Positions 29,343 to 38,213 of a stretch of 64,000 nt of DNA are shown piece by piece (positions within the stretch are counted from its first letter, which is position 1; the number at the start of each line of letters is the position of its first letter). The translations under genes were made by a program, and so were the position numbers. This DNA is from an uncultured virus (IMG/VR IMGVR_UViG_3300043446_002182) (lineage: Duplodnaviria > Heunggongvirae > Uroviricota > Caudoviricetes): the IMG/VR virus record IMGVR_UViG_3300043446_002182; one strand, 5' to 3'. The notes below the pieces were generated by a model that was not told the DNA's origin, ran no database searches, and saw only the letters and a list, made by a program, of their open reading frames with translations.

Positions 29343-29499
29343 ACGAGTTAAGATTGAAGCAGACGCTCGGTTTGGCGAAACCATCGGGCGTCTGCTTTTT
29401 CTTTTGGAGTATGATGAACGGTTAAAACAATCCGTTCGCAGATGTTATTGTCACGAAATCCAAACAACACGCCTCTGCGAGAATTGTCATGACGCCTAA
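29320..29499 (+). CDS. Small hypothetical Cys-containing protein
   Basis: Fills gap; CYC/CENC; N-terminus resembles that of the next gene. Confidence 0.5.
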   Translation: MNPQQIAERVKIEADARFGETIGRLLFLLEYDERLKQSVRRCYCHEIQTTRLCENCHDA

Positions 29500-29830
29500 A
29501 GAAATCCTTGACATTGTAAGGGAAAAAGCCGATACTCGCCTAGATGAAACGGTGGAAAAGCTGCTGGCGATACTTCGCAATCGGCATACCCATCAGTGCT
29601 GGCAGCGAGAATGCTCATGTGAGTATTGCCAGTTTATCAATGGTCAATACGTTGACCTGAAATTGTCAATGCATCGCTTAAAGGTTCGCATCAACCGCAT
29701 TGACTATTGGGATGCACGAGATTGGGAAATGACGCTGTTGCCTCAACTTTCAATGGACATGATGAAATTGAAAGAGAAGTTGAGGACATTGAAGGCGCAT
29801 AAAAAAGATTTACAGACAAACATCGTATGA
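29489..29830 (+). CDS. Hypothetical protein (CSCEYC motif)
   Basis: 113 aa; ATGA overlap with next gene. Confidence 0.6.
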   Translation: MTPKEILDIVREKADTRLDETVEKLLAILRNRHTHQCWQRECSCEYCQFINGQYVDLKLSMHRLKVRINRIDYWDARDWEMTLLPQLSMDMMKLKEKLRTLKAHKKDLQTNIV

Positions 29831-31002
29831 ACTGGCTACATCCAAACACGATTTACGTAACGCTCTACGGCTCACAAGCTTATGGACTCGCTAACGAGTT
29901 CTCTGACGTTGACGTGAAGGGTATCTGCGTCCCGCCTCGGGAAGTGGAATACAACCTCTATCATCGCTTCGACCAAGCAGAAAACAACCCTGCGTTGGAA
30001 GCCAGCCTTGGGCACTTGAAGAACCCCAAGAATCCGAAGTTTGAAAGCACGATTTACTCTCTTCGGAAGTTCTTCTTGCTTGCTGCCGAAGTCAATCCGA
30101 ACATCATCGAATTGCTTTGGACAGACCCAAGTCAGCACTTCGTATCGAAGCCACTGATGCAGAAGCTTCTGGCTCACCGTGAAATGTTCTTGTCCAACAA
30201 GGCACGTTACACGTTTGCTGGGTATGCCTGTGCTCAGGCCAAGAAGATTGAACGTCACCGCAAGTGGATTGTGCTTGGCGAAGTCAAGCCGCCCAAGCGG
30301 GAAGACTTTGGTCTCCCTGCCGAGACGCCAAAGCAGATGGAAGAAATCTTCGGATTTGTGAAGAGCAAGGTTGAACAGTGGAATCTTAACCAATTCCCAT
30401 TGGACGAAATGGCTCGGAACGAATTGAAGGACAGTGTATGGGAAATCGTTTCCACGCTGACGGACAAGGAACTGTCTGTGGCGAACTGGCCAGACCGTTA
30501 TGCCGAAGGAATCATCTTCAAGATGCAGAAGGACTTCAACCTCAAGGACGAAGTTGTGGAATACATTCACGCTGAACGTGCTTTCGCCAAGGCCAAGCAA
30601 GTCTATGACTCTTGGGTTTCTTGGAAGAAGGAACGTAATCCCGCTCGTCGGGAACTTGAAGAAAAGTCTGGCTACGACACGAAGCACGCAAGTCACCTTG
30701 TCCGCTTGATGCGGATGGGTTACGAAATCGTGACGGAAGGCAAGGTCATCGTCAACCGTGTGGGACTCGACGCCGACGAATTGCTGTCCATCAAGAACGG
30801 TGGATGGTCATTCGACAAGGTGATGGAGTTCAAGGATGAAATGGAAGGTAAGCTGGATGCTGAATACAATCGGCAGAAGAAGGCTATCGCCGCAGGCGAA
30901 TCCGTTCCACTTCCTCGGGAAGTCAACAAGGAAAAGTTGAACTCTCTGTATCACGAATTGTATGAAGAATACAACACGAACCCAGCGTGGCAAAAGGTGT
31001 AA
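29827..31002 (+). CDS. Pol-beta-superfamily nucleotidyltransferase (YcgL/RlaP-like)
   Basis: GSQAYGL....SDVDVKG, NPNIIELL, GYDTKHASHLVRL. Confidence 0.85.
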   Translation: MNWLHPNTIYVTLYGSQAYGLANEFSDVDVKGICVPPREVEYNLYHRFDQAENNPALEASLGHLKNPKNPKFESTIYSLRKFFLLAAEVNPNIIELLWTDPSQHFVSKPLMQKLLAHREMFLSNKARYTFAGYACAQAKKIERHRKWIVLGEVKPPKREDFGLPAETPKQMEEIFGFVKSKVEQWNLNQFPLDEMARNELKDSVWEIVSTLTDKELSVANWPDRYAEGIIFKMQKDFNLKDEVVEYIHAERAFAKAKQVYDSWVSWKKERNPARRELEEKSGYDTKHASHLVRLMRMGYEIVTEGKVIVNRVGLDADELLSIKNGGWSFDKVMEFKDEMEGKLDAEYNRQKKAIAAGESVPLPREVNKEKLNSLYHELYEEYNTNPAWQKV

Positions 31003-31114
31003 TTCAAAACCCCTCTCAAGAGAATTTCTCTTGAGCAGGGGTTCTTGTTGTAAACGTGGCTGCACGAACTGTCCGTGGGACTATAAAAAGCCCGAGAAAC
31101 CAAAAGATTTATGA
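30962..31114 (+). CDS. Small Cys-rich protein (DUF5522-like), absent from ORF track
   Basis: Own translation: MKNTTRTQRGKRCNSKPLSREFLLSRGSCCKRGCTNCPWDYKKPEKPKDL; ATGA overlap with 31111. Confidence 0.7.
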   Translation: MKNTTRTQRGKRCNSKPLSREFLLSRGSCCKRGCTNCPWDYKKPEKPKDL

Positions 31115-31950
31115 TTGGCGCAATTATTGGAGACATCATTGGTTCACCCTACGAAGGTGGATACAATAACCCCATTCCCGAAACCAAAGACTTCCCGTTG
31201 TTCCGTAAGGAATGTCGGTTTACTGACGACACCGTTCTGACATGTGCCACGGCACATACGTTGCTGAACCCAACCTTGTCTCCTTACAAGTATCGCTTTG
31301 CCAAACAATACAAGCGTTGGGGCACACAATACCCCGACCGTGGCTACGGTGGTATGTTCAAGAAGTGGATGGCACAGCCCGGGATGAGTGTTTTGAATAG
31401 TTATGCCAACGGCTGTATGATGCGTTGCAGTCCAATTGCGCTGTTCTACCCTGACCGAGAGACTGCCTTGCAACGGGCATTGCAAAGCATTGCTTACACT
31501 CACAACTCTCCTGAATCGGCTCGTGGCGTTCAATCCATTGTCGAGGCAACTCACATGGCTTGGAACGGAGCAACGAAGGACGAAATCAAAGCCCGAGTTC
31601 AGGAGCAATACGGCCACATGCTCAATCTTACTTTGGAAGAAGTCAAGGCCAAGGCTGGTCGTGACATTCGTTGCAACCTGACTGCGCCCCAAGCGTTGAT
31701 ATGCTTCATGCTCGGCACAGACTATGAGAGCACCATCCGCAATGCCGTTTATACGGGTGGAGATACGGATACAATTGCTGCAATCTCAGGTGCTATGGCC
31801 GAAGCGTTTTATGGAGTGGAAACCATTCCTCAATCAATGATTGATGAAATGAAGACACGCATTGACCCACACATTCTCTCCGTAATCAATCGCTTCTATG
31901 CCAAGATTGCTGCCCACAATCCGAAATACAAGGATTTCGCAATCGTATGA
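31111..31950 (+). CDS. ADP-ribosylglycohydrolase (DraG/ARH family)
   Basis: GAIIGDIIGS, FTDDT, SYANGCMMR, THN, GGDTDTIAAISG. Confidence 0.92.
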   Translation: MIGAIIGDIIGSPYEGGYNNPIPETKDFPLFRKECRFTDDTVLTCATAHTLLNPTLSPYKYRFAKQYKRWGTQYPDRGYGGMFKKWMAQPGMSVLNSYANGCMMRCSPIALFYPDRETALQRALQSIAYTHNSPESARGVQSIVEATHMAWNGATKDEIKARVQEQYGHMLNLTLEEVKAKAGRDIRCNLTAPQALICFMLGTDYESTIRNAVYTGGDTDTIAAISGAMAEAFYGVETIPQSMIDEMKTRIDPHILSVINRFYAKIAAHNPKYKDFAIV

Positions 31951-32234
31951 AAGCCAAACTCTGCCTCACGGAATCCATTCCAGTCAGAGCCAAGGTTGTG
32001 CTCGGCCATTTGGAATATGAAATCGAAGAGGAAAGCCTCAAGAGATTTTTGAAAGAATACCACTACGACCGAAGTATGTGGGAGAATGTTGCCCAAGCCA
32101 GACGGGTGTCGGATTTGGAACGGGCAAACGACAACATGCATAACAACATCAAACGCATTTCCGAATCAGAAAACCCTCGGCAGGAATTGCTGGACTATCT
32201 CGTATATCTCAACACCCCAATCGCAGTAGCATGA
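31947..32234 (+). CDS. Hypothetical protein
   Basis: 95 aa; ATGA overlaps both ends. Confidence 0.6.
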   Translation: MKAKLCLTESIPVRAKVVLGHLEYEIEEESLKRFLKEYHYDRSMWENVAQARRVSDLERANDNMHNNIKRISESENPRQELLDYLVYLNTPIAVA

Positions 32235-32752
32235 GCACTCACGTAAACATCGAAAACGACGAGATAACTATCCCATATTACGCTGTCCACAAAGATGGCG
32301 AGATTCGGGGGTTCTTCGGTCCTTACCGATTCCTGAGCAACTTCTACATTCTCGATAGTGGGGTGACGTTTGAAGATTTGGTGTATCCTTCGACGGAACA
32401 CGCCTATCAAGCTGCCAAGTGGCCAAAGAACAAGCGCACTCAGTTTCTTGATGTAACTGCTGCCAAGTCGAAGCACCTTGGAAAAGAAGCACCAAATTTT
32501 AATGCGAAGAAATGGAACAAGAACAAAGTCGAACTGATGCGAGCATTGGTCTTTCAGAAGTTTGAGCGTAACCTTGTCCTCCGAAAAAAGCTGTTGGCAA
32601 TGGAAGGCTATGTGCTGGACGAAAGGAATAGTTGGTCGGATACTTTTTGGGGAACGGATGAAAATGGAAATGGTGAAAATCATCTTGGACTTATTTTAAT
32701 GAGTGTTAGAGATAAGTTTATCGAAATGACCAATAAAGAAAAGTATTGGTAA
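32231..32752 (+). CDS. NADAR (YbiA-like) family protein
   Basis: FLSNFY, STEHAYQAAK, KF, D.FWG, GENHLGLILM..R. Confidence 0.9.
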   Translation: MSTHVNIENDEITIPYYAVHKDGEIRGFFGPYRFLSNFYILDSGVTFEDLVYPSTEHAYQAAKWPKNKRTQFLDVTAAKSKHLGKEAPNFNAKKWNKNKVELMRALVFQKFERNLVLRKKLLAMEGYVLDERNSWSDTFWGTDENGNGENHLGLILMSVRDKFIEMTNKEKYW

Positions 32753-32800
32753 TGTAACACTTGGGGTGATGTTTTAGAAAGTTATTCCATATTTATTGGT

Positions 32801-33460
32801 ATGGAAACTCAAAAAATATACGTCATTAGAAATGACATAAACTCCAAAGTTTATGTGGGACAAACGGGTAAATCTCTACAAGAACGATTCACTCGACATT
32901 GTGCGGAAGCAATTTGGAAAAATACTAAACGAATGCCAATAGTCATGGCTATTAAAAAATATGGAAAAGAACATTTTTCCATTCATCTTCTTGAAGAGTT
33001 GCCGTTGGGAACTGAACAAGCAATCGTAGATTCAAAAGAAACAGAGTGGGGATACAAGCTCAATGCTTTTTGTCCAAATGGATATAATCTAAAGTTTGGA
33101 AACGGTCGTCGGCAATGGTCGGATGAAGTAAAAAAGAAAATTGGAGATTCACAACGAGGAAAATATGTCTCCGACGAAACTCGCCAAAAACTATCCAAAT
33201 CACATATGGGGAATAGACTTTCAACCGCCGCCAGAAAAAAACTCTCTCTTCGATGGAAGGGAGTTCGACCATGTAAATTAGCACAACAAAATTCGGTTGC
33301 AGCGAGTTCTAAAACATATGTGTTGATGAACCCGACTGGTAATAAACAAACGATTACTAACATGTCTCTATTTTGCCGAGAGAATGGATATAACAAAGGT
33401 CAAATGTGTTTGTTAGTGAATGGGAAAAAGAAATCATATAGAGGATGGAGACAACTATGA
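32801..33460 (+). CDS. GIY-YIG homing endonuclease with NUMOD3-like repeats
   Basis: IYVIRN....KVYVGQT, GYNL, SDETRQKLSKSH; own ATATTTAT motif at 32789. Confidence 0.85.
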   Translation: METQKIYVIRNDINSKVYVGQTGKSLQERFTRHCAEAIWKNTKRMPIVMAIKKYGKEHFSIHLLEELPLGTEQAIVDSKETEWGYKLNAFCPNGYNLKFGNGRRQWSDEVKKKIGDSQRGKYVSDETRQKLSKSHMGNRLSTAARKKLSLRWKGVRPCKLAQQNSVAASSKTYVLMNPTGNKQTITNMSLFCRENGYNKGQMCLLVNGKKKSYRGWRQL

Positions 33461-33777
33461 ACACTCGAAGTTTACCAACTAAGCGGATGCCAAAATATCC
33501 AAAAGCAGCATACCGTCCCAATTTCAATTTCAAAAAAGTGCCTTGGTGTGAATTCATTATTGTATGTAAGACGGAGAAAGATAGAAAACAAATTCGAGCG
33601 GCGATGCAATACTTTCATGATATGAAAGAAACGGATACAGGTTTCATTGTTGTGAATCAGTTAGTTCACAACTATCTACATGATGATGCTAGTGATGCTC
33701 ACACAGATGTCATCGTGGACGCTCCCCTCTACAAACGACTCAAACCTCGTAAAAATGTCAAGTTGACAAAGCGGTGA
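33457..33777 (+). CDS. Hypothetical protein
   Basis: ATGA overlap with endonuclease. Confidence 0.55.
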   Translation: MNTRSLPTKRMPKYPKAAYRPNFNFKKVPWCEFIIVCKTEKDRKQIRAAMQYFHDMKETDTGFIVVNQLVHNYLHDDASDAHTDVIVDAPLYKRLKPRKNVKLTKR

Positions 33778-33791
33778 GAATGTGGTAATCT
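33763..33791 (+). promoter_or_regulatory. sigma70-type promoter
   Basis: TTGACA-17 nt-TAATCT with TGn; ATG 33801. Confidence 0.7.
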
Positions 33792-33800
33792 GGCAGCACA

Positions 33801-34223
33801 ATGCAGACATTTCTGGCATATCCTGATTACTACAAGTCCATGCAGTGCTTGGACAAATCCCGACTTGGCAATCAAGTCTGGCGTGAAGGTTTGACCCTGA
33901 TTAGGGGCGGGTGGCCTAACCATCCAGCTTCAAAAATGTGGCGTGGCCACTTCTATCACCTTGGCCTGTATCTCCTTGAAGGCATAAAGGTTTTGGCCGA
34001 GCGGGGTAAAGACTATCCCGAAGTGCGGGCGAAAATTCAAGCTGAAATGGCCAAACACCCCGATACTGGCGCACCCACATGGTTCGGCAGTGAACCGCTT
34101 CATGCCTCACATCGGGCGGCATTACTTTACAAGCTACCCGAATGGTATTCACAATTCGGCTGGCAAGAGAAGCCAGATGTCCCCAACGAAAAAGGTAAAT
34201 TAAATTATGTGTGGCCAGTTTGA
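33801..34223 (+). CDS. Pyrimidine-dimer DNA glycosylase-like protein (MSMEG_6728/DenV-related)
   Basis: MQTFL.Y......LD..RLG.Q..E, HPA..MWRG, HASHR..LL.K....Y. Confidence 0.8.
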   Translation: MQTFLAYPDYYKSMQCLDKSRLGNQVWREGLTLIRGGWPNHPASKMWRGHFYHLGLYLLEGIKVLAERGKDYPEVRAKIQAEMAKHPDTGAPTWFGSEPLHASHRAALLYKLPEWYSQFGWQEKPDVPNEKGKLNYVWPV

Positions 34224-34234
34224 AATCAATTGAT

Positions 34235-34501
34235 ATGAAAAAGAAGAACAAGAAGAAAGTCGAGTCAACTCCTGTGGTCGCAAGTGAACCAAAGAAGCTG
34301 ACCATTACAAGTGCAGGCATTGTCAATGGCCAGTTTCAAGTGCTTTTTTCCGATGGAAGCGTGTTGGATGGGGTGGATGAAATTGCCACTAAGAAAGTCG
34401 GCTATGGCAGTTCACTCTACGTAAACATTTTCTGCAAGGTGGACAGCATTCCTGCTACGCCAAGCTTGCCCATTAGCCAAGAGTTCTCTCCCAAGAAATA
34501 A
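34235..34501 (+). CDS. Hypothetical protein
   Basis: Fills operon gap. Confidence 0.55.
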   Translation: MKKKNKKKVESTPVVASEPKKLTITSAGIVNGQFQVLFSDGSVLDGVDEIATKKVGYGSSLYVNIFCKVDSIPATPSLPISQEFSPKK

Positions 34502-34502
34502 T

Positions 34503-35387
34503 ATGCTGGCAGCATCCGAATTTACCAACCAATGCTTGCTGGGCAAATGTGAAGACGTATTGACCAACTTCCCTGAGAAGAGTGTCAATCTGATTGTCAC
34601 GTCGCCGCCCTATGCTGGTATTGCGGATAAATACAAGGATGGGTTTGCTGCCCCACCACCACATTTGTATTGTGATTGGTTCATGCCCAAGGTGCAGCAA
34701 TTTTCTCGGGTGCTGGCAGACAATGGCTCGTTCATTCTGAACATTGACGACAAGGTAATTGACGGATTCCGTCATCCCTATGTTTACGAACTGGTATGTC
34801 GAATTGTCAAAGAGACCGACTTCAAACTCTTCGAGCGAATCAATTGGAACAAAGGTAAGAGCCTCTGTCATCCCAAACGGTTTCGCAATCCAGTGGAACA
34901 TGTATTCTGGTTTGCCAAGGGAAAAGACTTCACATTCAATCTGGATGAAATGCGAACTCCTTACGACCCCGTGTCTATCAACCGTATGAAGAAACCTATC
35001 AAGAAGCGGTTTGCTCGCACTGCGGAGAACCAAGACATAGTGGAATACAAAGATTGGAAGCCGCACCCGAAGGGAGCGTTGCCATCTACTTTGTTGAACA
35101 TTGGGTCAGTAGCAAAGCGTCGGTCAGATAAACACTTTGCAATGTTCCCTGAGAAGTTTGCGGCTCATTTCATCAAAGGTGGAAGCAACCCCGGAGATTT
35201 GGTGTTGGACCCATTTGCGGGGGCATTTACTACATGTATTGCAGCGAAGCGTCTTGGCCGCAATTTCTGCGGGATTGACATCTTCCAAGATTACATCAAC
35301 GATGGTCTGACAGACTTGGCGGCAGTTATGCCTTTGGACTCTTCCGTTTCGATCTCACAATCTGAAACAGATTCACAGCCAGTTTGA
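34503..35387 (+). CDS. DNA amino-methyltransferase (N4-C/N6-A, beta arrangement)
   Basis: VTSPPY before HFAMFP and VLDPFAG. Confidence 0.9.
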   Translation: MLAASEFTNQCLLGKCEDVLTNFPEKSVNLIVTSPPYAGIADKYKDGFAAPPPHLYCDWFMPKVQQFSRVLADNGSFILNIDDKVIDGFRHPYVYELVCRIVKETDFKLFERINWNKGKSLCHPKRFRNPVEHVFWFAKGKDFTFNLDEMRTPYDPVSINRMKKPIKKRFARTAENQDIVEYKDWKPHPKGALPSTLLNIGSVAKRRSDKHFAMFPEKFAAHFIKGGSNPGDLVLDPFAGAFTTCIAAKRLGRNFCGIDIFQDYINDGLTDLAAVMPLDSSVSISQSETDSQPV

Positions 35388-35775
35388 TTTCCTCGGGGGA
35401 CAACTCTTTCAAGTCCACAGTTTTGCCCGTATATGCTGGTGGTGTCTTCTTCATCATGGCATATTGCTCGTCACGATGACGTTTGCAAATACCATGTGAC
35501 CATCCAACGTTGGGGACTTTGAATTCCTTCTCACAATATGCACATGGACTCTTCATCAACCGTGCTAACAGTTGTTTCCTATCCATTGGTAATGCCTGAA
35601 ATGCCTTGATTGTGGCACTGGCTATTTCAGGAGTGAGTTCAGGTGCCTTTGGCTTAAGGTTCGCAATTTCTGCGGACTTAGCCTTCCACTCTTCGGGAGT
35701 AAGTTCGTTAAGCGTTTGTTCGCTTAAGCTTTCGGTTCGTTCAGCGGGGCGTGCTGTCCGTCCGTCGGGGCTTGC
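35326..35775 (-). CDS. -1 frame extension of the upstream gene, with C-terminal Cys/His finger (track ORF 35326..35586 is its 3' part)
   Basis: Frame open from the A9 run through 63 codons lacking ATG/GTG/TTG to ATG 35586; CAYC...HGIC..H. Confidence 0.6.
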   Translation of the reverse strand, partial: ASPDGRTARPAERTESLSEQTLNELTPEEWKAKSAEIANLKPKAPELTPEIASATIKAFQALPMDRKQLLARLMKSPCAYCEKEFKVPNVGWSHGICKRHRDEQYAMMKKTPPAYTGKTVDLKELSPEEIKLAVNLFQIVRSKRKSPKA

Positions 35776-36197
35776 TTTTTTTTTAAGTCATAGTAACGTC
35801 CAAGGACGTGACCAATGTCTTGGTAAGCAACACCAAGTTGTTGCATCTTGGCGTAGCACTCTTTGGCCAATTTGCCGTATTCTCCGACACGCTTCTTGAC
35901 TTCCTTCATGTCCCGCTTGACAATATCTTGCTGGAACCAATCGCCACACTCATTGAGGGCATATGCCTCGGCGAGTTCACAGAGTTCAGTCATAGCACGG
36001 GCAGAATTTACAATGGCTTCTTCATTGCGAAGGGCTTCACCATAGTTCTCGAACATAGATGCCATTTCCATGAGTTTGGCTTTTTGTTCAGGAGTCAATT
36101 GCTTCGTCTCTTCACCCAGCCCACCCTTTGCAGGAATGTTGCCGAGATTTTCGACGATGCGCTTCAGTGTAAATTTTTGTGTCTTTGGAGTGCTCAT
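35724..36197 (-). CDS. Hypothetical helical protein (short form; LKRIVE leader)
   Basis: 157 aa; ATATTTATA motif at 36206-36214 on minus strand. Confidence 0.7.
   Translation of the reverse strand: MSTPKTQKFTLKRIVENLGNIPAKGGLGEETKQLTPEQKAKLMEMASMFENYGEALRNEEAIVNSARAMTELCELAEAYALNECGDWFQQDIVKRDMKEVKKRVGEYGKLAKECYAKMQQLGVAYQDIGHVLGRYYDLKKKQAPTDGQHAPLNEPKA
35775..35784 (-). promoter_or_regulatory. Candidate -1 frameshift/slippage site (A AAA AAG within A9 run)
   Basis: GAC TTA AAA AAA AAG in frame 0; -1 frame opens just before it. Confidence 0.5.
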
Positions 36198-36228
36198 AGT
36201 ACAGGTATAAATATGGCTGTGCGGGTCG

Positions 36229-36552
36229 TTATTTCAAGTTTTTATCTATTTCGGGCTGCTCATACTTGTCGAAATAGTCAATGACATCATTGAAGGACTT
36301 GAAACGTTTGACATCCCGCTTGGGTTCTTCGATAAAAAAGAACTCGGCATCTTCGCCCTTTTCGTCCTTGTCTTTCTTTTTATAGATGACAATGTGGGGT
36401 TCTTTGTCGGTGGACAACCGATAATCATCGGCGAACTCGAAGCCCATCGTTACAAGATGGTCAACGTCAGGCCAACGCCAATCATCAATGTTGACCAAAC
36501 CTTCTTTGTTTTCTTCCTCAACGGAATGTAACAATTTTGTAAGCTTAATCAT
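36229..36552 (-). CDS. Hypothetical protein (MIKLTKLL leader)
   Basis: 107 aa; ATGA overlap. Confidence 0.65.
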   Translation of the reverse strand: MIKLTKLLHSVEEENKEGLVNIDDWRWPDVDHLVTMGFEFADDYRLSTDKEPHIVIYKKKDKDEKGEDAEFFFIEEPKRDVKRFKSFNDVIDYFDKYEQPEIDKNLK

Positions 36553-37244
36553 AGTTCGAGTTCCCGCAAAAAGTCACCCAAGATATTTGAACTCTCGTCA
36601 TCGTTGGCGAAGTTGATTGTCTTGGTAATTCTGATTTCATCCTTTACCGACTGACCGCCAGCGGCTTGTTCACCTTCTGGTTCGGCTTCATCATCGGGCT
36701 TGAAATAGTTGGCAAACGCTGTCCAACACATTTGATTGCCATCCTTCAGCTTCTTAATAACTACTGTTTGGTTTGTTCCAAACGAGTCAGTATTCTCGTA
36801 TTTCACGAAAAAGTTGTCTTGCTGATTTGGCTTGGCTGAAGTCAAGCCCATAATGACTTGCTGTTCTTTAGGGGTCATTTGAATTCCACGATGGCGATTG
36901 ACATAGCTATCAAAATCATCCTTGGTGGTAAATTGTTTTGCGACAACATGGCGTTCGGTGTCCGTATCCATTTCGGCAACGAGGTTGTCAGCATTAGTGA
37001 TGTCGGTGTTTCCTCCACCAGCGTATCCTTCTTTCAACTTACGCAATCCAACCAGAAGACGACGTTTCTGAGCTTCGCTCATACCAGCCATTACTTCCTT
37101 CTTCATGAAGTGTTTGAGTTTGCTCATTGGCATCTTGGCCATAGCCTTTACCGCAGGGCCAGCCTTTGATTTAGGAAATGAACCTTTTTTTACTGCGCCC
37201 GCTAATTTAGCGGCGTTAGCTTGTTTTTCAGTGCTGGCAGGCAT
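36549..37244 (-). CDS. Hypothetical protein with DUF3008-like N-terminus
   Basis: MPASTEKQ..AA..A.AVKKG......A.K.M....LKHF. Confidence 0.6.
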   Translation of the reverse strand: MPASTEKQANAAKLAGAVKKGSFPKSKAGPAVKAMAKMPMSKLKHFMKKEVMAGMSEAQKRRLLVGLRKLKEGYAGGGNTDITNADNLVAEMDTDTERHVVAKQFTTKDDFDSYVNRHRGIQMTPKEQQVIMGLTSAKPNQQDNFFVKYENTDSFGTNQTVVIKKLKDGNQMCWTAFANYFKPDDEAEPEGEQAAGGQSVKDEIRITKTINFANDDESSNILGDFLRELEL

Positions 37245-37767
37245 ATTCTTTGTTCCTAATGAAATTTTCCCACAGGTCTTCTGTGATGTTCACTGTTCCA
37301 TACATATTATGGAATGATTGGTGAATTGACTTTTTTATAACTACGACATTTGACCTTTCAAATCGTAGATTTGGGAAACTACCAACTCCGTTTTTATGAT
37401 GTAAAGAAAGTTTTCCTCCACGTTCCCCCGTCACTTCGCATGTGAAGTTACGTTCTCGCATAACTTCATTTACAAACTGTTTTTCTTCAAAATACATTCT
37501 TTTCGCTTTAATCAGCGAGCGGTCAGACTTCCATCTTCCGTTGAGTTTTCCTGAGAGTCGTTTCTTTTGGTTGGCTTCAGGAGTATTCAAAGCAGCTACA
37601 ATCTTGGCTTTTGCTATAGGATTGGAACTTACTTTTTTTATTGAGTGGAATGCGTTGCATTTTCTATTACAGAATCGTTTTCGAGTAATATCTCGGGTGT
37701 TGTTTAACACCAGCAAAGAGCCACACTCTTCACAAAATTTCTCTATAGTTCTGAATTCAGCAGGCAT
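37228..37767 (-). CDS. HNH endonuclease
   Basis: CEEC..FCNRKC finger; RNFTCE...LSLHH....N......H..FH; probable start 37767 after ATATTTAT motif. Confidence 0.75.
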   Translation of the reverse strand: MPAEFRTIEKFCEECGSLLVLNNTRDITRKRFCNRKCNAFHSIKKVSSNPIAKAKIVAALNTPEANQKKRLSGKLNGRWKSDRSLIKAKRMYFEEKQFVNEVMRERNFTCEVTGERGGKLSLHHKNGVGSFPNLRFERSNVVVIKKSIHQSFHNMYGTVNITEDLWENFIRNKEYACQH

Positions 37768-37803
37768 ATGAATGTATCCAATGATAAATATCTTCAATTT
37801 TGC

Positions 37804-38169
37804 TTAATCTTGAGTTTCTTTAAGATATAGAATGGCATTTTCTATAGTCGAAATGTTCTCAAAGAAGTGCCCCAAAGCTTTGTTACAATGATGACACAGC
37901 AATCCTCGAACTATGTTTGTCGTATGACAATGGTCAACAGCAAACCGACGTTTGAATTCTGACTGATGGCGATTGCAGATTTTACATTTTCCGTCCTGTT
38001 TGAGAAACAACTGGTTATACTGCTCAACTGTAATACCATATAGTTTTTGTAACCGATATTTTTGACTGTAATCCTTGTATCTGCCTCGATTTTTGCGAGA
38101 CCACTCGGTTTGATAACCTTTGTGGGCTTCACGCCACTGTTTTTGATACTCTTTTTTATCCATATCCAT
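37804..38169 (-). CDS. Endonuclease VII-family HNH protein
   Basis: YGIT..QY..L...QDGKCKIC, VDHCHTT..VRGLLCHHCN..LG. Confidence 0.88.
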   Translation of the reverse strand: MDMDKKEYQKQWREAHKGYQTEWSRKNRGRYKDYSQKYRLQKLYGITVEQYNQLFLKQDGKCKICNRHQSEFKRRFAVDHCHTTNIVRGLLCHHCNKALGHFFENISTIENAILYLKETQD

Positions 38170-38213
38170 AAGTATGATTTCTAAAGTTTTTTTACGTTTT
38201 TCAAAATGGAATG

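Noticed and set aside
31008..31050. Plain intrinsic terminator after the nucleotidyltransferase
   Set aside because: Weak U tail and it lies inside a convincing small CDS; kept only as a structure of uncertain role
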